The notes beneath the pieces are model-generated. The model worked only from the letters and a program-made list of their open reading frames with translations, ran no database searches and had not been told where the DNA came from. Shown one piece after another: positions 1 through 8,604 of a stretch of DNA of 64,000 nt. The first letter of the stretch is position 1. The number at the start of each line of letters is the position of its first letter. The DNA is from a bacterium (lineage in GTDB: Bacteria; Zhuqueibacterota; Zhuqueibacteria; Residuimicrobiales; Krinioviventaceae): positions 512,001 to 576,000 of the forward strand of contig CAXXMD010000002.1 of the NCBI GenBank assembly GCA_963675755.2. The letters are read 5' to 3'. Made by a program: the position numbers and the translations under genes.

Positions 1-2
1 TT

Positions 3-1499
3 ACAGACCATTTGGTGCTTGGTGTCCTCAAACACCTGATTAAAACCGGTGAATTAAAACCTCAAACCTTCGAATTGGATACACTTTGTTTGTCAAGTTG
101 GAACCCTGTTGCAAAATCACTTGAAAGCGGCGACATAGATGGTGCCTGTGTACTTGCACCTATTGCTATGGATTTATTTAGTTATGATGTGCCAATCCAA
201 TTGATTTTATTTGCTCACCGTAATGGGAGTATTTTTGTACGTAACCGTAAAGGTGATGAATATAGAGAACCTTATGAAAATTTCTTTCGTGGAAAATCTT
301 TTCTATTACCGCATCTTATGTCTATTCATAACATTCTTGCTCATATGTTTTTCAGCGGTATTGGTTTAAATGCAGGATTTGCAGGCGATGAGGGAGTAGA
401 TGTAAACTTTGAAGTTGTACCCCCTGTGAAAATGCCTGAAATTCTTGCAAATAATGAAAAAGCTTGTGGTTACCTGGTTGCTGAACCTCTGGGTACCAAA
501 GCAATTGCCAGTGGAATTGCAGAATTGCAGTTTATATCAAGTGAATTATGGGATAACCATCCTTGTTGTGTTGTTACAATGCAGCAGGACATTATTGATC
601 AACATCCCGAAGTTGTTCAGGAATTTACCAACATGTTGGTTTATGCTGGTAAATTGATTGAAGAAAAGCCGGGCATTGCAGCTGAAATTGGTGTCGAATT
701 TTTAGATCCTAATAAGGTTTTGGGGCTCAAACCTGCATTAATTAAAAATGTATTAACCGAACCCAAAGGTATTAAAACCGGTGACTTGTATCCATCAGTT
801 GAAGATCTTGATCGTATACAACATTACATGCATGATAATATTGGTTTAGGAAATATAATCGATCTGGACAAGTTTGTAGATCTTCGTTTTGCAGATGTTG
901 CTTGTAAAGATACTGATGTTAATAAACGTTCTTCAGTCGTAAGAGCTGAAGAGAAAGTTCAGGATATTCTTATACGAGATACCAGTTCTCAGGCTGTTCA
1001 ATCTGAAAAATCAATGATCAACCTGGAAGGAAAATATCTGTCTTTTTCAATGGGTAAAGAAGAATATGGTATTGATATTTTAAAAATTAAAGAAATTATC
1101 AAAATGCAAAACATTCGTTCCATACCCAATTTGCCACCTCATATTAAAGGGGTCATAAATTTACGCGGAAGTGTAATACCGGTAATTGATTTGAGACTTC
1201 GTTTCGGTATGGTGCCAATGGATTATGATGAACGTACAGTAATTATTGTTTTGGAAATCTATTATCAGGGACGTACGGTACTCATGGGAGTTGCGGTTGA
1301 TTCTGTTTCCGAAGTTTCTGATATACATGTATCTGATATAGATGAAACGCCATCATTTGGTGTAAATACAAAAACTGATTATATTCTTGCAATTGCAAAA
1401 CTCAAGGGACATGTTAAAATCCTTTTGGATATTGATAAAGTTTTGACCCGTAATGAAGCAGAGATGGTAACCGAGATGTTTCAAGATGCAGCTCAATAA
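3..1499 (+). CDS. 5'-truncated fusion protein: NrtA/CmpA-like (NMT1/SsuA-type) ligand-binding domain + C-terminal CheW domain
   Basis: The frame is open from the window edge (aca gac cat ttg = T-D-H-L). NrtA-family motifs SWNPVAKSLESGDIDGACVLAPIA, AHRNGS, VAEP and WDNHPCC. CheW from about nt 1026: KYLSFSMGKEEYGIDILKIKEII, IKGVINLRGSVIPVIDLRLRFG, GVAVDSVSEV. Confidence 0.85.
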   Translation, partial: TDHLVLGVLKHLIKTGELKPQTFELDTLCLSSWNPVAKSLESGDIDGACVLAPIAMDLFSYDVPIQLILFAHRNGSIFVRNRKGDEYREPYENFFRGKSFLLPHLMSIHNILAHMFFSGIGLNAGFAGDEGVDVNFEVVPPVKMPEILANNEKACGYLVAEPLGTKAIASGIAELQFISSELWDNHPCCVVTMQQDIIDQHPEVVQEFTNMLVYAGKLIEEKPGIAAEIGVEFLDPNKVLGLKPALIKNVLTEPKGIKTGDLYPSVEDLDRIQHYMHDNIGLGNIIDLDKFVDLRFADVACKDTDVNKRSSVVRAEEKVQDILIRDTSSQAVQSEKSMINLEGKYLSFSMGKEEYGIDILKIKEIIKMQNIRSIPNLPPHIKGVINLRGSVIPVIDLRLRFGMVPMDYDERTVIIVLEIYYQGRTVLMGVAVDSVSEVSDIHVSDIDETPSFGVNTKTDYILAIAKLKGHVKILLDIDKVLTRNEAEMVTEMFQDAAQ

Positions 1500-1513
1500 A
1501 AAGGGGGCTGCAC

Positions 1514-2386
1514 ATGAATAAACAATTACGAACGCTGTATAGGGATATGATAATCGCCATGGGAGTGGAGGGTTTGAACATCCCTGTAACAGCAGTGAAA
1601 TTTTTCAAAAATGGGGATACCATCCCTGATAAAATCATGGAATATCATCCGGATGATTTAACGGTTACAAGCTGCCAGGCTACTAAACAGGCATCATTGG
1701 GTGATGCTGTTTGTTTAACTCGTGAAAATATTGGCTGTATTGCAGCTGCCATTACCTTTGGTCTTGTTGATCAGTATGATGATAAACCTCTGGGTAAATC
1801 AAGAGTATATACTGATATGATGCGTCAGCAATCTGATGCTTTGAATGATTTTATACCACCTTCTCCCAAAGATTTTACTTCAGGTATAGTATATGCGTGT
1901 AAGGATTCCAATAATCCTGATTTTTGCTTGTTTGGTCATGATGACAGTGGAAGATTCAAAACTGTTGAATTGGCCCAAAATGCAATTAGTGAGATGATGG
2001 CTATTCAACCTGCTACTATGAAAGCTGTCTTTTTTTGTTCACCTGAATTTGACGAAATTGAACTTGAACCAGATATTATTGTTTTATCAGTCAGACCAGT
2101 AGAGTTGGCAAGAATCATTCAGGCGTATCAGTTTACCACCGGAAAACGCGTAACGGCAAATATGGGACCTGTTCGCGTTGTAAACTCGGATTTGATAGTA
2201 CGACCGTACCTGACACAGGAGATGAATATTTCAACTTATTGTATTGGTGCACGTCTCATTGCCCAATATGAAGCCGACAGGATGGGATTGGGTATTCCAT
2301 TCAATACATTTAAATTAATTGCAGAAGCAATGCATGCGTCCAAAACAGGATATCCATTTCACTTGTACCCAGGTGCTGACGATTAA
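1514..2386 (+). CDS. DUF169 (COG2043) family protein, Cys-rich
   Basis: PVTAVKF, SCQA, ENIGCIAAAITFGL, EPDIIVL and NISTYCIGAR match the DUF169 pattern. RBS AAGGGGG upstream. Confidence 0.75.
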   Translation: MNKQLRTLYRDMIIAMGVEGLNIPVTAVKFFKNGDTIPDKIMEYHPDDLTVTSCQATKQASLGDAVCLTRENIGCIAAAITFGLVDQYDDKPLGKSRVYTDMMRQQSDALNDFIPPSPKDFTSGIVYACKDSNNPDFCLFGHDDSGRFKTVELAQNAISEMMAIQPATMKAVFFCSPEFDEIELEPDIIVLSVRPVELARIIQAYQFTTGKRVTANMGPVRVVNSDLIVRPYLTQEMNISTYCIGARLIAQYEADRMGLGIPFNTFKLIAEAMHASKTGYPFHLYPGADD

Positions 2387-2403
2387 GACTATACGGAATT
2401 GCT

Positions 2404-3837
2404 ATGAATAACTATGTGAAAATTTTAATTCGCAGGATGGCGCATATAACTGGTACTGAACTCACTCCCGACCACTATCGTGTTCTTGAATACACCTATG
2501 ATTATTATAAAAAAAATCATGTGGGTCCCATGCATTACAATATCAAAAAGAATTTGGGATTCTCTCAAACAGATTTACAAAAAATGTTTCCTTTTGGATT
2601 AAAATCCGTTTATACCTGGGTTGATATTCCCATACAAACTCCTGACCAATCTTGTAAACCCTTTCCAACAATTAAAGTTAATAACTTTCGAGAAGTGTAT
2701 CTTGATCATAATGCTACTACATATGTAAGATTAAAAATTGTAACCGCTCTTGAAAAATATTATTCAGGTAAAATGGGTTTTGGTAATCCCAGCAGCAGTA
2801 CAGAACCTGGCAAAGAGTCTTATGAGTATATTGAAACGGCCAGGGCACAGATAGCGGAATGTTTGGATGTTTTACCGCAGGAAATTATATTTACCGGAAG
2901 TGGATCAGAAGCAAATAATCTTGCCATTAAGGGGATTGCGTTCCAGTACCTTGAACACAAGGGCCATTTCATTACTTCAAAAATTGAACATTCATCTGTA
3001 CTTAAAACCATGCAGTTTCTTGAATCTATTGGTTTTACTGTTACTTATCTGAATGTCGATGCTGATGGAAAAATCGATCTTGAACAACTTGAAAAGGCAA
3101 TTACCGATGATACTCTGCTTGTATCTATCATGATGGCCAATAATGAAATTGGTACTACAAGTCCGGTTAATGAGATTTCTGAAATATGTAATCGTTTTGG
3201 TGTACCTTTGATGATGGACAGCATACAGGCATTTGGCAGAATTCCTATAAAACCCAGAAAGCTTGGAATTTCAATGCTCTCACTTTCAGGGCACAAAATT
3301 TATGCCCCCAAAGGTGTTGCGGCACTTTATGTTTCCAAAGATATTCCACTTGTACCCATTATTCACGGTGGCAGTCAGGAATTTGGTTTACGGGCGGGTA
3401 CTGAAAATGTTGGTCATATTATGGCGCTTGGAAAAGCAGCTTTATTAATTTGCCGTGATATGGATTCGGAAACGAATCGACTTTTAGAGTTGCGGCAGTT
3501 TTTTCTGGATGGTCTTTATAATATTGAACCTGACCTCATTGTAAATGGCTCATTGAAGGATCGTTTACCTCAAAATCTCAGTATTGGTTTTCCGGGTGTC
3601 GACAGTGGAGCATTACTATTAGGCCTGAATCAAATTGGTGTATATACTTCATCGGGTTCAGCTTGCAGCTCCGGTAATGAAAGGAATTCACATGTTCTGA
3701 ATGCCATTGGTGTTGACCCCAAAAAATATGGTACTATTCGCTTTAGTATGGGATTACGAACAACCAAAGAAGACCTGGAATATGTATTGTCATTGTTACC
3801 TCAGATATTAAAACATCTCAAATCCAATCAAACATGA
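2404..3837 (+). CDS. DsrC/TusE-like N-terminal domain fused to group I (IscS/NifS-type) cysteine desulfurase
   Basis: N-terminus ELTPDHYRVLEYTYDYY...P...LQKMFPFG...IP...C84 is DsrC/TusE-like. Desulfurase motifs YLDHNATT, FTGSGSEANN, SGHK298 (PLP lysine) and SSGSAC421S (catalytic Cys). Confidence 0.85.
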   Translation: MNNYVKILIRRMAHITGTELTPDHYRVLEYTYDYYKKNHVGPMHYNIKKNLGFSQTDLQKMFPFGLKSVYTWVDIPIQTPDQSCKPFPTIKVNNFREVYLDHNATTYVRLKIVTALEKYYSGKMGFGNPSSSTEPGKESYEYIETARAQIAECLDVLPQEIIFTGSGSEANNLAIKGIAFQYLEHKGHFITSKIEHSSVLKTMQFLESIGFTVTYLNVDADGKIDLEQLEKAITDDTLLVSIMMANNEIGTTSPVNEISEICNRFGVPLMMDSIQAFGRIPIKPRKLGISMLSLSGHKIYAPKGVAALYVSKDIPLVPIIHGGSQEFGLRAGTENVGHIMALGKAALLICRDMDSETNRLLELRQFFLDGLYNIEPDLIVNGSLKDRLPQNLSIGFPGVDSGALLLGLNQIGVYTSSGSACSSGNERNSHVLNAIGVDPKKYGTIRFSMGLRTTKEDLEYVLSLLPQILKHLKSNQT

Positions 3838-3902
3838 TAACTATATGTTTATAATATTTTTTTTTGTATATTGATTCAATAATATTTTAACTTATTATCC
3901 TG

Positions 3903-4595
3903 ATGAATATTACTGAATTTGATAACTATATTTTGTATATGGACAACCATTTACTGGTTGTAAACAAGCCGGCGGGTTTACTGGTTCAGGGTGATCAAAC
4001 CGGTGATTTGACATTATTGGAACAAAGTAAGGTTTTTCTTAAGGAAAAGTTTGATAAAAAAGGAAATGTCTATCTTGGCCTTGTGCAAAGGATTGACCGT
4101 CCGGTTTCTGGAATAGTTGTATTTGCTAGAACGTCCAAAGCGGCGGGACGATTGAGTGAAGCCATACGTCAAAGACATATCCGAAAAACATATATAGCTC
4201 TTGTTCAGGGCGTACCGAATCAACAGGACAAGTTGATTGATTATCTTGATCGCAATGGTGTTACCAGTATAATTGCTGATTCGGATACCGGAAAGAAAGC
4301 CGAATTGTCATATAAACGGCTCGATAGTAAAAAAAATGTTTCATTACTTGAAATTGATCTGCATACCGGCAGGCACCATCAAATCCGTGTCCAGTTTTCA
4401 AGCCGAGGATTTCCCATTTTGGGTGATTTTCGTTATGGTTCAAAAACCCGGTTTGGTAACAAAGCTTTGGCTTTACACGCAAGCCGCCTGTCATTGCAGC
4501 ACCCGGTCAGTAAAGAGTGGATGACTTTTAAAAGTTATCCCGATAGTTCATATTGGCCAATTGATTCAGAATGTAAGGAGATTTTATTTAAATGA
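3903..4595 (+). CDS. RluA-family RNA pseudouridine synthase
   Basis: [20 protein letters not shown] (catalytic Asp), [24 protein letters not shown]. Confidence 0.92.
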   Translation: MNITEFDNYILYMDNHLLVVNKPAGLLVQGDQTGDLTLLEQSKVFLKEKFDKKGNVYLGLVQRIDRPVSGIVVFARTSKAAGRLSEAIRQRHIRKTYIALVQGVPNQQDKLIDYLDRNGVTSIIADSDTGKKAELSYKRLDSKKNVSLLEIDLHTGRHHQIRVQFSSRGFPILGDFRYGSKTRFGNKALALHASRLSLQHPVSKEWMTFKSYPDSSYWPIDSECKEILFK

Positions 4596-5605
4596 GTATA
4601 TTGATTACAGGAGGGGCAGGTTATATTGGTAGTCACACTTGTCTTGAATTGTTAAATGCAAATAAAGATATTGTTGTTATAGACAACCTTGACAATAGTA
4701 AAAAAGAATCACTCGAAAGAGTGCAAAAGTTGACAGGAAAGCAATTAACTTTTTACCATGATGATCTTTTGGATTTGAATGCTGTTGAAAATATATTTAA
4801 AGATAATGATATAACGGATGTCATTCATTTTGCAGGACTCAAAGCTGTAGGCGAGTCTAATACAATCCCGTTACATTATTATGACAACAATATAACCAGT
4901 ACACTCAACTTATGCAAAGTGATGAAAAAGAACAATGTCATGAATTTGGTGTTTAGTTCTTCTGCAACCGTTTATGGCGATCCACATACGGTACCCATTC
5001 TTGAAAATTTTCCACTGGGTCCAACAAATCCATATGGCAGAACAAAGTACATGATTGAACTCATATTGCGTGATTTGTACGCATCTGATTCAAATTGGAA
5101 TATAGCATTGTTACGGTACTTTAATCCTGTAGGTGCACACAAGAGTGGACAAATTGGAGAAGACCCCAATGGAATTCCCAATAATCTATTTCCATATATT
5201 GCCCAGGTAGCTGTTGGAAAACTTGAAAAACTTGCAGTTTTTGGAGGCGATTACCCAACACACGACGGTACGGGTGTTAGAGATTATATCCATGTTGTTG
5301 ATCTTGCAATAGGCCATTTACGTGCTTTGGATCGATTACAGGAAAATCCCGGTCTTGTAACTTATAATTTAGGTACTGGTCAGGGGTACAGTGTTTTGGA
5401 TGTTGTGAAAGCATTTTCAAAAGCATCTCTAAAAGAGATCCCGTATAAAATTACAGATAGACGTACGGGAGATGTTGCATCCTGTTACGCTGATCCTGCA
5501 CTTGCTCAAAAAGAATTAAACTGGACTGCTGCAAAAACAATAGAAGACATGTGTGCAGACAGTTGGCGTTGGCAATCCAATAATCCTAATGGTTATGAAT
5601 CATAA
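4592..5605 (+). CDS. galE: UDP-glucose 4-epimerase
   Basis: [37 protein letters not shown] (YxxxK), [20 protein letters not shown]. Confidence 0.97.
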   Translation: MSILITGGAGYIGSHTCLELLNANKDIVVIDNLDNSKKESLERVQKLTGKQLTFYHDDLLDLNAVENIFKDNDITDVIHFAGLKAVGESNTIPLHYYDNNITSTLNLCKVMKKNNVMNLVFSSSATVYGDPHTVPILENFPLGPTNPYGRTKYMIELILRDLYASDSNWNIALLRYFNPVGAHKSGQIGEDPNGIPNNLFPYIAQVAVGKLEKLAVFGGDYPTHDGTGVRDYIHVVDLAIGHLRALDRLQENPGLVTYNLGTGQGYSVLDVVKAFSKASLKEIPYKITDRRTGDVASCYADPALAQKELNWTAAKTIEDMCADSWRWQSNNPNGYES

Positions 5606-5615
5606 GGAATCCTAT

Positions 5616-5960
5616 ATGAAAAAGATATTTGAAAAAGCTTTGCTGGATATAATTATTACCGTGGTAATTCTGTTAACTCTATTTACAGGCCATGTATTTA
5701 TCAGATGGTTCTTGTATCTTTATACCCCTGTCATATTAGCAGCCAGAATTATTGCGTTATCCAGTAAAAAAGTAAAAAGCAGCAAGGGTGTTAATGATTG
5801 GATTTTTCATCTGTTATATGCTATAAACTTTACTGTTTTGATTATTGATCGCTGGTGGGTACTTGCTGGTATGTGGCTTTTAATTTGGATATTAGCATTT
5901 CTATTCTCACGCAAACGATCTGTGCAGCAACAGTCCACTAAACATAAACGTAAAAGATAA
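5616..5960 (+). CDS. Small hypothetical membrane protein (about 4 TM, basic C-terminus)
   Basis: Hydrophobic stretches. Start moved to ATG 5616, after AAGGAA and downstream of the galE stop. Confidence 0.7.
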   Translation: MKKIFEKALLDIIITVVILLTLFTGHVFIRWFLYLYTPVILAARIIALSSKKVKSSKGVNDWIFHLLYAINFTVLIIDRWWVLAGMWLLIWILAFLFSRKRSVQQQSTKHKRKR

Positions 5961-5984
5961 TTCAATCTCTACCGGTCATGCCGA

Positions 5985-7121
5985 ATGCAATCAGATAAAC
6001 CTTATATTGTACTTGTGGGTCCTGTTAACCCTAAAACAGGAGGGATGGAAACGTATATTCAAGCTCTTTTGGATTCTGAAGAAGCAAAAGCTATTGACTT
6101 GCAGTTATTTGATATTTCAAAACCATGGGTACGAAAAAAACAATCACGTAAATATACAGGGTATGCAGCATCATTACGTCGCAATCTTGTTGTATCTTTA
6201 ACAAGCTATTTCCAGTCACTTTATTTTCTTTTACGATTTATTTATCGCTTTTTCAAAAAAAAACCTGATCTGGTTCATCTACACACAGCATCTTATACAT
6301 CCTTTTGGGAAAAGATGTTTTACATACATGTATGTAACTGGATGCGCGTTCCTGTAATTCTGCATGTACATGGTGCATTGTTTGAAAACTTTTACTATAA
6401 ACAAACTTTGTTTGTGCGCAAATATATCCGCCATATGCTGATCAAATGTAATCATATTTTAGTATTGTCTCAGTATTGGTATGATTTGTTGACCCGCCTA
6501 ACAGACCCTCATAAAGTCACTATTGTTCCTAACGGTGTAGATACATCTATTTATTCAGAAATTGTATATCCTAAATCTGAAATTCCTTCCATGTTGTTTT
6601 TGGGCGAGTTGTCAAAACGCAAAGGGATATTTGATTTATTAAAAGTTATTCAAGCTTTAGCATCTGGTTTCAAGGATTTCATTGTTTATATTGCAGGTCC
6701 GGGAGATACTCTGGAAATTAAAAAACTTGCAAAAGAATACGACATTGAAAAACAAATTTATTTGATAGGTCCGGTTTTCGATCGGGAGAAATTACAGTTA
6801 CTTCAATCATCCTGGATTTTTATATTGCCATCATATGCAGAAGCACAACCTATGTCTGTCATTGAAGCAATGGCTTCTGGTACAGCGGTAATAAGTACAA
6901 AGGTGGGTGGAATACCTGAAATGGTAATTGAACCAGAAAATGGTTATCTCACCGATCCCGGGGATATTCAACATTTAAAAAAGGTTGCCGAGTTGTTATT
7001 GAACCATAAGCAACTATGTGAAAAAAAGGGGATGGCTAATATTAATAAAGCAAAAGAACTATTTGATATTAATACAAATATGCAAAAAATATTAAATTGT
7101 TATTATACTCTCTTATCCTAG
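5985..7121 (+). CDS. Glycosyltransferase family 4 (GT-B)
   Basis: TGGMETY, PNGVD, FLGELSKRKG, LPSYAEAQPMSVIEAMASG (EX7E), GGIPE. Confidence 0.92.
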   Translation: MQSDKPYIVLVGPVNPKTGGMETYIQALLDSEEAKAIDLQLFDISKPWVRKKQSRKYTGYAASLRRNLVVSLTSYFQSLYFLLRFIYRFFKKKPDLVHLHTASYTSFWEKMFYIHVCNWMRVPVILHVHGALFENFYYKQTLFVRKYIRHMLIKCNHILVLSQYWYDLLTRLTDPHKVTIVPNGVDTSIYSEIVYPKSEIPSMLFLGELSKRKGIFDLLKVIQALASGFKDFIVYIAGPGDTLEIKKLAKEYDIEKQIYLIGPVFDREKLQLLQSSWIFILPSYAEAQPMSVIEAMASGTAVISTKVGGIPEMVIEPENGYLTDPGDIQHLKKVAELLLNHKQLCEKKGMANINKAKELFDINTNMQKILNCYYTLLS

Positions 7122-7150
7122 TGTAGCATATTGTTTATATGATTTTTAAC

Positions 7151-7179
7151 TTGCTTTTTAGACGATTTTTTTTTATAAT
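7151..7179 (+). promoter_or_regulatory. Putative sigma70 promoter for sppA-HU-bS22
   Basis: TTGCTT-N17-TATAAT in the intergenic gap. Confidence 0.6.
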
Positions 7180-7232
7180 ATAAGTCGTTTGTCAAATCAA
7201 ATTTGACAATTAATTATTATAATGGTAATTTA

Positions 7233-8120
7233 ATGGCAAAAAAACAAGATTACATTATTGGCGGTATAATTCTGACAGTCATTACTTTTTTCGGGATTTT
7301 GTTTATTATCGCAATAGTAGGATTGAGCAGTCAATCGGATATGTCTATTGTTTCTGGTGGAGATAAAGTTGCAGTTATAGATCTGGAAGGAATCATTACC
7401 AGCCCACATGCCATTGTACGTCAATTTAAAAAATTTGATAAAGATGAAAGTGTTAAATCCATTGTTTTCAGGATTAACAGTCCTGGTGGAGGAATTTCAG
7501 CTTCACAAGAAATATATGAACATGTTCGCCGTGTGCGTGACGGAGGAAAGCCCATTGTTGCATCCATGGGAACCGTTGCCGCATCTGGTGGTTATTATGT
7601 AGCCTTGGGTGCGGATGCAATTATGGCAAATCCCGGTACAACTACAGGAAGTATAGGAGTTATTGCCGAGTTTCCAAATTTTAAAAAATTAATGGAAAAG
7701 ATTGGTATAGAGTTTACCGTAATCAAAAGTGGCAAGTTTAAGGATACAGGTTCACCATATCGTGATATCCGCCCCGAAGAACGCCAGTATTTACAAGCAT
7801 GGATCGATAACGGTTATGATCAATTTCTTGAAACGGTAATGCGTGAGCGGGAATTACCAAGAAACGAAGTCCTCAAAGTTGCTGATGGTAGAGTTTATAC
7901 TGGTGAGCAGGCAAAAAACTTGGCGCTTATTGATACATTGGGTACATTTGAAGATGCAATTAGTCTTGCCGCTGAACTTGGTGGGATAAAAGGCGAACCC
8001 AAATTGCTCAAAGAACGTCAGAATAAAATAACGTTATATGATATTTTAACCGAAGATATTCAAATTTTGTTATCTGAATATGTCGGTTTGTGGCCAGAAG
8101 CTAAATATTTATTTAGATAG
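7233..8120 (+). CDS. sppA: Signal peptide peptidase SppA (36K type, S49)
   Basis: N-terminal TM, RINSPGG, VAASGGYYVA, TGSIGV, KSGKFKD, ADGRVYTG. ATG 7233 preferred over TTG 7203. Confidence 0.93.
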   Translation: MAKKQDYIIGGIILTVITFFGILFIIAIVGLSSQSDMSIVSGGDKVAVIDLEGIITSPHAIVRQFKKFDKDESVKSIVFRINSPGGGISASQEIYEHVRRVRDGGKPIVASMGTVAASGGYYVALGADAIMANPGTTTGSIGVIAEFPNFKKLMEKIGIEFTVIKSGKFKDTGSPYRDIRPEERQYLQAWIDNGYDQFLETVMRERELPRNEVLKVADGRVYTGEQAKNLALIDTLGTFEDAISLAAELGGIKGEPKLLKERQNKITLYDILTEDIQILLSEYVGLWPEAKYLFR

Positions 8121-8156
8121 AGCATAGAGTTTACCCTGAACTAAGGTAAATCCATT

Positions 8157-8435
8157 ATGAAAAAAGCAGATATTGTTCGAATCATTGCAGAAGGAACAGG
8201 TTTAACGCAGGTTGAAACCCAGGCTGTAGTTGACGGTTTTATTGCTACGGTCAGTTATGCTCTAAAAAATGGAGAACGCATTGAATTACGCGGTTTTGGA
8301 AATTTCAAAGCTGTCAAGCGTAATGCCCGAATGGCCCGTAATCCAAAAACAAATGAACCTGTTGAAGTGCCCGAACACATGACTGCTGTCTTTAGGCCTT
8401 CCAGAGATTTAAAAGATTTTTTAAATAAAGAATAA
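8157..8435 (+). CDS. HU/IHF family DNA-binding protein
   Basis: MKKADIV, ELRGFGNF, ARNPKT, FRPSRDLK. Confidence 0.95.
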   Translation: MKKADIVRIIAEGTGLTQVETQAVVDGFIATVSYALKNGERIELRGFGNFKAVKRNARMARNPKTNEPVEVPEHMTAVFRPSRDLKDFLNKE

Positions 8436-8457
8436 TTTTAGTAAGGAGGTGATTACT

Positions 8458-8550
8458 TTGCCAAGCGGAAAAAAGAGAAAAAGACACAAGATTGCTACCC
8501 ACAAACGTAAAAAGCGCTTACGTAAAGATAGACATAAAAAGAAAAAGTAA
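8458..8550 (+). CDS. 30S ribosomal protein bS22 (mS38/AURKAIP1/COX24-domain), 30 aa; absent from the ORF track
   Basis: Manual translation from TTG 8458: MPSGKKRKRHKIATHKRKKRLRKDRHKKKK*. Preceded by TAAGGAGGTGAT (8442-8453) and followed by a terminator. Confidence 0.9.
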   Translation: MPSGKKRKRHKIATHKRKKRLRKDRHKKKK

Positions 8551-8559
8551 AATGATTTT

Positions 8560-8587
8560 GGGCTGAGAAATAAATCTTGGCCCTTTT
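8560..8587 (+). terminator. Rho-independent terminator after bS22
   Basis: GGGCTGAGA-AATAAA-TCTTGGCCC-TTTT (two G-U pairs). Confidence 0.6.
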
Positions 8588-8604
8588 CGGTTTAACAGTA
8601 TTCA

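Noticed and set aside
4080-4110. RluA motif reads QRID instead of HRLD
   Set aside because: The catalytic Asp and the preceding Arg are retained; this is ordinary variation.
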